From Octopus bimaculoides (Eukaryota), in NCBI RefSeq assembly GCF_001194135.2, contig NC_068983.1:140060646-140095749 (forward strand): a stretch of DNA of 35,104 bases, read 5' to 3'. Below are positions 11,589 to 22,857 of the stretch, one piece after another. The position numbers and the translations under genes are program-made. The notes below the pieces were generated by a model. The model was given only the letters and a program-made list of their open reading frames with translations, did no database searches and was not told the origin of the DNA. Numbering within the stretch: position 1 is the stretch's first letter; the number at the start of each line of letters is the position of its first letter.

Positions 11589-11631
11589 GCCAACGTATCA
11601 GATGTCAACACTTTTGTGTACACGTCGTCCA

Positions 11632-11687
11632 TGTGTAATATATGGGTGCGCCGTATCATGCTGATGCGACGCACCCATATATGCATA
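11632..11687. other. Isolated near-perfect stem-loop
   Basis: ATATATGGGTGCG (11638-11650) / CGCACCCATATAT (11670-11682) are exact reverse complements. Inner CGTATCA/TGATGCG pairs with one G-U. 3-nt loop. Confidence 0.9.
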
Positions 11688-13649
11688 AGCGGGTACAACC
11701 CACCCATGAAAATATTAAAAAAAAAACGAAAGAAACGGCAATACTAGTATGGGTATCTTTTTAATTACAGAAATTTTATTTTAGAAATATAATTAGTAAT
11801 AGAAGAGAATATAGTGTGTCGACTTCCATGATTTTTGTTTCTCTACTTTTCGTTTCCATCATTCTCTCAGTCCTTTCAAACATTTCTCGTCTACTACGTT
11901 CTTGCTGATTTTGTCCATTGTCTTATTTTCTGGCTGACATTACTGCTCTCAGCAAATTTCTTCTGCGTTATTAATGCCACAAGATATTGATGGCATTATA
12001 CGGATATGTTTTTTTTTTGCAACCACACACTTGATGTATACAAACGCACATAAGAACATACAAATATTTAATAAGCACAAACGCCTATTGTTGTGAATTT
12101 CTAATACATCAACTAACAGAAAAACAAAAGTGCTTTATAGTTCTTTAGATTTATGCCTTGTAATCTACAGAAGGAATAGCTATGAAGAAATAAAACATGA
12201 GTTTAAAAGTGCACATGTGGACACATTAGGAAAATTCATAGTAAAGAAATCATAACAGAATTATGGAAACAAATGTAACAAGAAACTTGATAGAATTCCG
12301 TAACATATCCTATATACACATAAATACCTAAAGTAAAAAATGAAATGATATTATTGTTTATCTAACATTAAACTTATGTTATGAAATAGAATCATGCTAT
12401 AGATTACGAAATAAAACATCTTTGGACGTAATGGAATCACAATATCACAAAAGGAATACTGCACACTATACTTTGGAAAACAAATCCACTCTTTCACATA
12501 TATATTTCATACAGCACTGTTTTTTTTGTAATCTCTGCACCAGAATAACAGCTCATTCCGTGACCGACATCTGGGGATCACCACTAGATTTCTGAAATAT
12601 ATTTGAAGATCAAAAGATAAAAAGAAAATATCAGTAATATAAGCAATAACATTAAGCACCGAGAAAATATTGTCGAGAAAATATCCTTGTATTATTGACT
12701 AACTTAACTTACATCAATCGTACACGGAACGAACGATGTTATTTCAGTTCTTCGTTGCCACTTCAAATTGTGCCCCTTGAAGTTCAAATCAGATTCTTCT
12801 AATACATAATGTAATGCAACTGACATCAAAGACCTCCGCACTACCACGCGGCTAACTAAACTGTAATCGTGTATTTTTCTCTATCATGACATGAAATGAC
12901 GATGTAAACAAAACTTTACTTCTGTTGACATATAATACTGATTATCATGCATGATTATAATCATTTAACTCTACAGCACCAAATATATGCTAATCTTGAT
13001 ACGAACGGGATTCCTGTTCTCAAAGGATCGACTAAGTTTCCCAGTGGTATAGGTAATGGACAGATACTTTCCATAAAATGTTTAATAAATACTAAAGTCA
13101 TATCCCAAATCGATGGCAACATATGTTTACAATAACCTAAGAAGACACTTGTTTAGAAGTTTCTACATTTGGTTTCTCTGTAGTAAAGTACGCGTGTCAA
13201 TTTTATTACAGACGTTTTTTTTTAAAGGTGAGATTGATGCTGTTAACATTCTTTTTTAAATGTTGAAAATTGTACGAGTCCTCGAGATAAGACATTCCAG
13301 AGAAATACTGCTGGACGTATATCTTAGTGTGTGATACCTTTCGTTGGACGAGATACCGCAGATGTGTGTAGAAAAGATAACATATTCATCACTGATTTAT
13401 TGTAGAAGTGAATGAGGCAGCACTGAAATTCATATGCTATTGTAGTGTCTGTAGAAAAAAAGATGTTGTGACTAATTATGTTAATTATTGAGGTTCCTTT
13501 GTTTTAGATTTTTAGATTTAGATGAAGAGGCATGTTTGTGTAACATTAGTACTATCATTAACTTTAGGTATCTCACTGGAGCATTGCATTTGTTTATATC
13601 CCTGTATTTAAATCACAGTGCAACAGAAAGGCCTGGTGAGTACTTAGTT

Positions 13650-16600
13650 GAAGCAAGATAAAAAATAGTGTATCATCAAAAATGTATCATCAGAATTAAA
13701 AACAGAAAGAATCACTAACCAATATCAAATTAATACAATATTCAAACAGATCATTAAACTAATGAAAAATTCCTTGAAGTTCAAGTAGTCATAGGATTAA
13801 TGAGCAATTCATTACTACATTAGAATTTTACATCTGTGTTGGATCCAACAAACACTGGTACTATAAAATAAGTCTGTGCGTATATGTTGTGAAAAAAGCT
13901 CAAGCGAGAAAACTGTAAATCTAAACACGCCAGTCAATATACGGAGTTTAACAATAACAATATCCTGAAAACACAAATGGAAAGGTATACAAAATATTAC
14001 ACAAAATAATTGATCATACGCACACAAAAAAGACCTTCATAATTTATCTCAACCTAACACAAACATAACAGTAACCACTGCACACGTAACTCATAAACCT
14101 CCTTAAAAGGAAGGAAACTCAAAAGAGACGCCCTCGCGAAACAATAAAAGAGCCCTCTAAATGCAATGAAAATAGTACAAAGTCAATCATTCTAGAAACC
14201 AGCAAGTTCTTCCAGCAGAACTAATATTCGCAAGAGTATGAAAATCATAGATGTTCCCCTGGAAACAAAGAACCAGATACAGATCCTCATAAAAATCATA
14301 AATACGGCAAAACAACTAACAGCACAAGGAAGAGAAGATTCACAGCACAGGAACCATACACAATACTGAAGTTTAACAAGTACAACAGAAATATTATATG
14401 GGAAAATATTTTTAAAAATCAATATGTATAGATCAAGACAAAACCATGCTCAAGTTAGACATAAATACATTTGTTTACGAAAGAAGAAATGTAACAGAAT
14501 CCTGCAGGAATTGAAGTCTGTGGAAGTCAAACGGCCGTATACAGACAAACTAAATGACCTAATCTATTACCTAGAGTGGTAGTATCAACGGTAGACGGGA
14601 TTGTTCATAATAGATTTAAATCCACCGCATTCCATTTTCACGAAGATTGACAAGAAAATATACAGCATAATACTGACAGTAGCGGAAATGTCTATTAGAT
14701 TGAAAAGCAAAATTTATTAAATAGTCGCAATAAGAATTACAAAATATCGCAATTTAAAGTGCTTCAGCAAATAATATCAGCAAACGCACATGAAATGAGA
14801 CGCTGCGAATCACATAAACTCTATTTTCCAGGACAGCAAAATAGGAGATTTTTTTTAAAATTACAATTACTTTAAGAAAATAGATTAATAATATGAAAGC
14901 CTCAATAACAACAGGAGTTGATGAATAGAAGTATATGATCTGAAATAATAAAATTCAGTGCAATAATAAAAATTCTCGTTGTTTCAGGACAATAAAAAAA
15001 GGTTAAAATATACAATAGGGATACGAATCTGATTAAATACATCCAGCACAAAACATCGCAAAGTTTTAAAAGCTGCATTAACTGCCATAACCTTAGATTG
15101 AACAAATAACCCAATTTTTAGAGGAAGCATCAAAGCACTATTCATTAATTTATGCTGGCAGCAATCAACGAATAAACCGATCAACACTACAAAAGAATCG
15201 CTGCTGATGCTCGGGGAAATTGTTGTTCCTGGAAGCAACAATGCAGGTGATATAGAAATGTACAAACCTAAATATTTTTGTTACTAAACAAAATTTCCCT
15301 AATATTGTCAATCTAAATCAGATTGGATGTCAATGTCGATAGCAATCTCATTTTCATAGAGGAACAGAAAGGGTACCGGAAAAGAGATGCATATACATAA
15401 GAAGGAGCTACTAGTGACGCGGGCAATCAAGATAACCATTATTATGGCAAACAGAATTTATCAAAAATAATTTAATGGTATAGGAAAGTTTTCGATACTT
15501 GAGAGTCTACCTATATATAATGCAAGAAAATGTATCAAGCATGTAATTTTATTTTGAAAACATTATTTGTGTGCGTGCGTGTGTGTGTGGGGGGGGGTGC
15601 GTGTGTGTGTGTGCTTGTGTCTGTGCATGTATATATAACTACAACCAAAGATAATGTGAGTAACTGCCTTATGAATATAAGATGAATATTACAACTCGTA
15701 CTAAGCAAACCCAACAACTGTTGTAAATTTTAGAGACAGATTCGAAACCTCATCCACTCTGAAACATATATTGTTTACAAGGAATAATGTCCAACAAGGA
15801 AATCTACCAACATTTGATTACAAATTCCTCCATTACCTAGGATTGAGTATGGGATTAGGAAATTTGCCAAAGCTGTTATAAAAATGAGTAAATTACCATA
15901 ATTGAGAACATTATATTATATCTAGTCTCTGAGAACAGAAAATTAGAACAGAGCCAGGAACACATAAGCTTAATAGGTGAGACTGATGAGATTAATCACA
16001 CAAAAATAAAAGACAACGATATTAAACATTTTTTTTCAGAAACTTCAGACAAATTTCAAAAACTGAAAATCAATATTAACAGTTTTATCAAAGCGGCGAG
16101 CAAAATCGTTAGCATGGCGTTCAAAATGCTTTGCAACATTTCGTCCATCGTTACGTTGTGAGTTCAAATTACACCAAGGTTGACTTTGCCTTTCATATTT
16201 TAAGAGTCGAAATTACTGTTCCTCTGCGAAAATTTGAAACCAATATTAACAGTATGATAATAGGTAAAAAATATGCAAACCATCTCTGTTATAAACTACT
16301 TTTTCAGCAATTAAATTGGAGATCGTAGAGGAAAGCATAAGATACTCCAAAATACAATTTATAATCATAGCACTAAGCTGACACTAATGGGATACATTAG
16401 CTTTACACTCATAAATTAAGGGACTGGAGGAAAATAAAATCAACTACTGCGACTCAACGACTGTACCAATAAATATTATTTATTAGTCAACAAAAGAAAG
16501 TGACTAGTGTAGCATGAAGAAAACAACCAACTTTTCCCTATATACAGTGAGACCAACTAAAGATTAGAAGCTAACAATATTGAAGAAAAAATGTGAAGAA

Positions 16601-17072
16601 TGTAATAATATGTATGTAAACAAAGAAATACAAATGAACAAAAATTTTACAAGGACAAAATCCTCCAGTACACGATACCGTGGGAGCAAGTAAATATGTA
16701 AACCAGTAATTGCTCAGAAATACTGATATAAAGACAAAAATGGATATGTAATTTTGGTTGTACAGGATAAATATGTGACTAGAAAACAGTTATTTATAGA
16801 GACAAAATACGAGACAACTGAACGTAAAATTTCTGGCAAATCCAAAGACATCTACAAACGTAAGCAAAGACCAATACATCAAGTTAGCAATACTCCAAAA
16901 CTTTGAATTAAAGTGAAGGCACTTGAATATGTAAGTTCCAAATAAGATACATTTCTCTGTGAACCGACAGACATATTATCTGGAGGAAAATTCGGAAACT
17001 ATAGAAGCACAGTCGTTTGAAATGGATAAAACGCACTTGTATGCGAAATAAAGGACAAAAATAAAGAGCAGC

Positions 17073-17074
<2 letters not shown>
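13650..17074 (+). mobile_element. Old, heavily decayed R4/Dong-clade non-LTR retrotransposon (element A)
   Basis: Collinear remnants: PWKQR (~14257), YKP..LLNKI...EEQKGYRK..KELLVTRAI (15260-15430), WYRKVFDT (~15476), ILFTRNN..IEYGIRKFAKAVIK (15765-15885), GETDEINHTKIK (~15976), KGLEE (~16418), LQGQNP (~16647), VILVVQDKYVTR (16748), NR(P)DIL with 1-nt deletion (16962). Interrupted by a (GT) tract (~15567-15640) and a SINE (16093). The 5' boundary is uncertain. Confidence 0.7.
16093..16250 (+). mobile_element. tRNA-derived SINE family A inserted in element A
   Basis: GCGGCGAG head, GTGAGTTCAAATT B-box-like motif, GGTTGACTTTGCCTTTCAT central motif. Confidence 0.85.

Positions 17075-17144
<70 letters not shown>
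17075..17144. repeat. (TAA)n array, ~23 units
   Basis: Perfect run directly upstream of element B. Confidence 0.98.
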
Positions 17145-19990
17145 CAACTGCACAACTAGGTATCAGGACAACACGGAAAATGACTAAGCATGTCGATAGA
17201 CCTCCTAAGTGGAAAGTAGCAATACAATAAGAGATGGAATCTCTGCGGGCGGATGTTTCAGTTCTCGATGAACTTTCTAGAGGAGTAAATGTTAAGGCAA
17301 AACAAGGTAGAAAATTCAAGCAAAAATATAAAATCAAAGAGTTTATAAACCTCACTGCAACCAAGGTTGATTTGAAACAGCGAATACAATTGAAAACCCT
17401 GCGGCTTAGAAGGTATGACAAAAGAATCACATTTTATCGAAAAAATAGGATATTCGAGACGGATGCAAAGAAATTCTAGATGGAATTTGGCAAAACTAAG
17501 CTAAGTAGCAACATAAGACTGAGGAAATGAAAGAGTTCTGGAAGAAGTTATGGAGCAAGAGAAAAGAATATAATGCTAAAATGACTGGATGGAGCGTGGG
17601 TGAAGTTGAAGAACAGAAATGAAGGGCAATAGAATTAGAAGAGCTAAGGTGTGCTCATAGGAAGCCTCACATCTTCTCGCTAAATTGTCTGACAGAAGTA
17701 CACAAAAATTTCGCAGCATTTCTGACTGATGTCGTCCATAAGCCAGAGCAGATACCTGCCTGGCTGACCGAAGGAGCAACATAACTTCTACTAAAAACTG
17801 AAGACACAAAAACATCCAAAGAACTACGTACCAAACAACATATGTCAACACCACCTACAAGATCCTCACATCCATATTAACAGACATAATTTTCGCTTTC
17901 CTTGAATAGAGGTATATTCTTCCACAAACTAAGAAAAGACTGTAAAAGGAATTCTTATGAGTGCAAAGATCAATTACTCATAGTTAAAATGATTGTAGAG
18001 AATTGCCGGAGCAAAAGGAAGAACCTTAGTATGGCATAGATAAACTATTGAAAAGCATTTGATAGTGTCACACATAATCGTATACTCAAGGCATTTGAAA
18101 TATACAAGAGCTCTCATCGCATCTCAACAATCTTACAATGTAGCATGGCCACCTGGAACACACGCCTCCTAAACCATACTGATGGAATTAGCTACACTAA
18201 CATCAACAACAAACGAGGCATCTTTCAAGGTGACTCCTTCTCCACATTACTCGTTCGTATGACACTGATGCCATTCTCAAACGAAATAAGTAACACCATG
18301 CATTGGTTCAAAGTTTGCAATAGACAATAAACCATCTGTTTTATACGAATGACATGAAGCTGTTCGCTAGAAATGACGAAGTGCTATTAGGCTAGCTAAC
18401 AATAGTAAAAGAATTCAGTAAAGACATCGAGATGGACGTTGGCCTTGGTAAGCGTGCTAAAGCAACTTTTGTAACAGACAAGCTCAGGCAAACAGCTTCC
18501 ATTAAATTAGATACCGACACTACCATCAATGAGTTTAAATCGCAAGAAAATTATAAACACCTAGGGATAAATGAGGGAGATGGTATACAACGTGCTACTA
18601 TGTAGGAAAAAATAACAAAGGAGTATTATAGGAGAATAAGTCTCACATTAAAAACTGAACTCCTTACAAACTGCATCGAAGCCATTAACAACCTAACACT
18701 TCCAGGAATCCAATATAGTTTTAACATCTTACAGAGATCCAACGCTTGGACAGGGAGACAAGAAAATTACTAACTTCTAAGAGCATGCACCACACAAAAG
18801 CAGATGTTGATCGTCTGTACCCTCCTAGAAGTAATAGGGGAAGAGGAATGATGCAGGTAGAACTGCGTTATAAGACCTCCACAATAGCTATTAACAGGTA
18901 CTCCCTTAGTACAAAGGACTGGAGGCTACGACATGTGAACAAACACGAAAGCATAAAAGGGTCACATTCTATTGTCAAAGAAGTTTGCAAATTCGCAAGG
19001 GAAACCCGAAAGAGTTGAAAACCAGAAACCACTGCCACAAACCAAGCGAAATGGATCAAGCAGACTACAAAAAAGAACGGACAGAAACAAATTGAGGAGT
19101 AGTGGAGCCAGAAGCCTTAGCATGAACAGTATTTACTTGGAAATCGAAATGCTGATGTAGATCAAGCAACAACATCAGTCGCTGAGAATTTTAGCACTGA
19201 AAGCAGAGACTGAAGGTAACATATTTGTGGCACAAGATCAAAGCTTGCTCACCAAAAACTATACGCCTCACGTTCTTTAAAATGGTTCTGAGCCTAAATG
19301 CAGATACTGCGACACGTTTGACGAAACAATAGACAATCTCGTTTGGGGATGTCCTGTTCTGATCCAAACGGATACAAAAATCGCCACGATAGTGGAGGAG
19401 GACAGTGTTTACATTGGAAAATATGTAAACACTACAAAATCGGCACTCCTGCTTAATGGTATGAACATCAGCCTGAGCCAGTTGTTGAAAGTAAAAATGT
19501 CACTATTCTCTGGGATTTTCCAGTCAACACTGACAGAATGATCCAGGCTAATCGATCAGACATGATTATTAAAAACGGAAAGAAATTATTGTATACTATT
19601 AAACGTAAGTTTTCCCAGCGATAAAATATATATTTGTAAAGTAATTTGAGAAACTGAGTAAATACAAGAGCCTGGAACTTGAAATAAAAAAGATGTGGCA
19701 CCATAAAACGAGAAGTGTACCTGTTATTTTAGGTTCCCTAGTTATGATTTAAAAAATGGGGTGTCAGAAACATCTAGTGAAAATTCCAGGAGAACCATGT
19801 CTCAGAGAAATCCAAAAGATTGTAATGACAAGTACTGTCTACACCCTTAAAAAAAACTAGCCATTTCAATGTTTGTGTGGTATTACATGAAGATATTTCG
19901 CTACTCCTCCTCCCCAAGCTTTCGGTCATAGTGCAACATCTCTTATCCTTCACTCGTTCCAGGACGCTGAGTGTGTGCATATCAAAAGTA
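17145..19990 (+). mobile_element. 5'-truncated R4/Dong-clade LINE (element B): RT, CCHC knuckle and restriction-like endonuclease pseudogene
   Basis: PPKWK...LKQRIQLKTLRLRRYDKR.FYRKNRIFETDAKKF; KAFDSV; GIFQGDS (18226-18234); catalytic YMDD decayed to YTND (18342-18353); HTKADVDRLYPPR..GRG; knuckle CRYCDTFDETIDNLVWGC (19299-19352, H to N); ILWDFPVNTDRMIQANRSD (PD to SD, ~19550); EKLSKYKSLELEI; stop at 19858-19860; ~130 nt 3' UTR; (TAA)n on both sides. Many stops and frameshifts. Confidence 0.93.

Positions 19991-20041
<51 letters not shown>
19991..20041. repeat. (AAT)17 array, tail/target of element B
   Basis: Perfect run. Confidence 0.98.
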
Positions 20042-20042
<1 letters not shown>

Positions 20043-20223
20043 GTGATGTACATAGAACAAATAAGGACTGCAATAAGGGTGGAACTCTTGCAGAAAACAG
20101 CACTGATTGTAACCGCTCGAATACTCGAGATGGAGCTCAAAAAATAAGGAGTGCTATCTTAGTCCACAGATAGTGAATAGGAGGCACCGTATTACATCTC
20201 AAGCGTTAGACTCTGTGCAAAGA
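20042..20223 (+). mobile_element. Very short 3' fragment of another R4/Dong family (element C)
   Basis: Frame from 20046 reads MYIEQIRTAIRVELLQKTALIVTARILEMELKK* (stop 20145-20147), matching the LQKTALLGTARILR C-terminus of R4-type ORFs. Followed by a distinct 3' UTR ending in GATAATAAATA. Confidence 0.75.
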
Positions 20224-20242
20224 TAATAAATAGCAAAAGTCA

Positions 20243-20357
20243 TAATCCTTTCTACTATAGGCACAAGGCCTGAAATTCGGGGGAGGGGCTAGGCGATTAC
20301 ATCCACCCCAGTGTTTCACTGGTACTTTATTTATTGACCCCGAAAGGATGAAAGGCA
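20243..20357 (-). mobile_element. 5'-truncated SINE family A
   Basis: Reverse complement gives TGCCTTTCATCCTTTCGGGGTCAATAAATAAAGTACCAGTG...GGCCTTGTGCCTATAGTAGAAAGGATT. Confidence 0.88.
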
Positions 20358-20400
20358 TTGAATAATAGGAACAACAATAATGATAATAAAGATACTACAG

Positions 20401-20447
20401 CTACTACTACTACTACTACTACTACTACTAATAATAATAATAATAAT
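20401..20447. repeat. (CTA)10 fused in phase to (ATA)n
   Basis: Direct reading. Confidence 0.95.
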
Positions 20448-20451
20448 GATA

Positions 20452-20857
20452 ATTAAGGCTAATAGGCTGGATATAGTTTTTAGAGATAACCATGAAAAAT
20501 ATGCTTTGCAATCGATGTATCAATACCAACAGATGACAATGTTTCTTTGAAAAAAAAGGAGAAACTTTCAAAATACAAAGATCTGGAAATAGAGGTAACT
20601 CGAATATGGAGTCTAAAAGCAGAAACAATTCCCATCCTAGTAGGCATGATAAAAAACATTCAGAAAAATACATAACAAAAACGCCAGGATTTACAAGTAT
20701 AGGTAACATACACAAAATAGCACAACTAGGCACCGCAAACATCCTACGTAAAACACTTTTAAGACAGTGAAAATAAGAGAACCACAGCACATACCCAAGG
20801 CACACAGAGCTGCCATCGGTACTGCAGTAAATGTACGTGATAAAAATAGGAGTACTG
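20452..20857 (+). mobile_element. 5'-truncated R4/Dong 3' fragment (element D): endonuclease domain plus 3' UTR
   Basis: IKANRLDIVFRD...IDVSIPTDDNVSLK..EKLSKYKDLEIEVTRIWSLKAETIPILVG...KIAQLGTANILRKTL. The 3' UTR (CACATACCCAAGGCACACAGAGCTG...ACTGAATAATAA) is unlike those of B and C. Confidence 0.92.
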
Positions 20858-20876
20858 AATAATAAAAAAAAGAAAA

Positions 20877-20877
<1 letters not shown>

Positions 20878-20949
<72 letters not shown>
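20878..20949. repeat. (AAT)24 array, tail of element D
   Basis: Perfect run. Confidence 0.98.
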
Positions 20950-20950
<1 letters not shown>

Positions 20951-22478
20951 TTATCTTTGTTACTTAAAGGGTAACAAGATAAATGCACAACTAGAACATA
21001 TTGAAATGTAAAAAGAAAAATAATTGCAACAACCACCGTGGATCATTGTTTCATCTCATCTCATTTAGCTACGATGTTGTATGAAAAGAAGTGCATCTAT
21101 ATAACCCTCTTACCAATGCTCGGAATATCATAAGACAGCATCTGTGATATGGGTTTTTTAATAGTTATGTCCACACTACGAAATCTTTTGTCACAGCTGA
21201 CGATCTTTTGTTTGACAGCGTCAGCTAACATTGCACCAACCTCTTCATTAAATGATTACAATCATTGGACATTACATCTTTGAGTAGATTTGACCGAACT
21301 ATGAGATATTTCGGGCAAAGAATGGGTTTGTCATTTCATAAATTTCATAACGACTTGGTAATGCTCCATTCTCTCTATGTTGCAATCCTAAACCAATTTG
21401 AAAATTCTTCATATTTTTCGTTATAAAACCACGAAGAAGAGATTGCTTAGATGGTCCTCGATAACACCATGATGTTTGATAACTCTCACCACAGACCTTT
21501 CCAAGTGAATGATTAATCTCTATCTATCTATCTATATATCTATCTATTTATTTATCTATCCGTCCGGAAAGCGCACGCGTGCACGCGCGCGAGTGCGAAG
21601 ATTGCAGGGTGAGAGAGAGAGAAAAACTATTTAAATATAGATAACTGTAAATGAAGTTAACTAGAATTTGGTGATTATAAGTAGAAACAATGCCAATAAT
21701 AACATGCTTAATGAAACACCATTGAATAGAAACAAATCATTGATTGCACGCATATCATACAGCAAAACCCAGTTGTGCAAGGGAAGTTTACAGAAACAAA
21801 GCGGTTGCTGTAAGAATTAAAATTAAAAAGACAATGTGACATATATCATGAACATGGGTTTGGAACATTAGTTTCATTCTTTTCTCACAACAACAGATAT
21901 AACGTTGAAGACGATCATCCGGTGAAATATTACTGCGATGAAATTCACATTCTGTTCACAATACGAATTTGAAAACGAAGTTAAAAATTATAAACAATAG
22001 AGACCGATGGAAACGGTATTCGTCAACATAAATTGTTGATTTTTTTCTTTTTCTTTTTTTAGTGTGAACTGCGCCGTAACAAAAATAGCATTTTTAATTT
22101 CGAACAAATATCTGTATCGGAGTGCGAAGCAGTAAAATTTTAAGAAGGATATATATAAAAAAAAAACAACTTATGTTTCTGTTAATTTATTATTAGATAT
22201 TTATCATTATAAATCTGTTGGTCGATTATCTCATCTTCTCTCTCACATCTTCTCCGTCTCTCAGTTTGTTTATGACGTGAAGGATAAGTAAGCTGAAGAC
22301 ACGCAGCATTATTCTCTCCCGAAATTCAGAAAAGTTCAAAAGGGAAGGATGCAGCATTTTCTGATAAAGTAATGAAATCTCAAAGACACCTCGATGTTTC
22401 GTTGATGACGGATTGAAAATTAAGATGTAAAACAATTCCATTTCTACCATTACTATCCCTACGGTGAGAATAATGGTT

Positions 22479-22518
<40 letters not shown>

Positions 22519-22682
22519 GAAAAATAATTTGGTCTTAATTCTCATCTTAAAATTTTGAACAAAATTAGTGTTTAACTGGTTAAATTACATCAGAAAAAAA
22601 TCATATGTGTGACAAAGAGAAATCTTTTCTTATCGGAAAATATTTTAAATCATAATTCTATTTGAGTATGTTATATTGATTT

Positions 22683-22857
22683 CAAAGTTTGGCACAAAGC
22701 CAGATATTTCGATAAGCCGATTACATTAACCCCAATGCTCAACTTGTGCTTATTTGATCGACCTTTAAAGGATGAAAGGCAAATCTTCCTCAGTGGAATT
22801 TGAACTAAAGACAGACGAAATCCCCCAGCGTGCCTACGGTTCTGCCAGCTCCCTACA
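22683..22857 (-). mobile_element. tRNA-derived SINE family A, near full length
   Basis: Reverse complement: GGGAGCTGGCAGAACCGTAGGCACGC...AGTTCAAATTCCACTGAGG...TTTGCCTTTCATCCTTTAAAGGTCGATCAAATAAGCAC. Confidence 0.88.

Noticed and set aside
12947-13135. 62-aa ORF with a CTACAG acceptor
   Set aside because: No family resemblance; both strands are similarly open; no corroborating exon.
21105-21400. Minus-strand peptide FNEEVGAMLADAVKQKIVSCDKRF...DIPSI ending at G|GTAAGA
   Set aside because: In-frame stops lie immediately upstream and there is no convincing acceptor; not identifiable.
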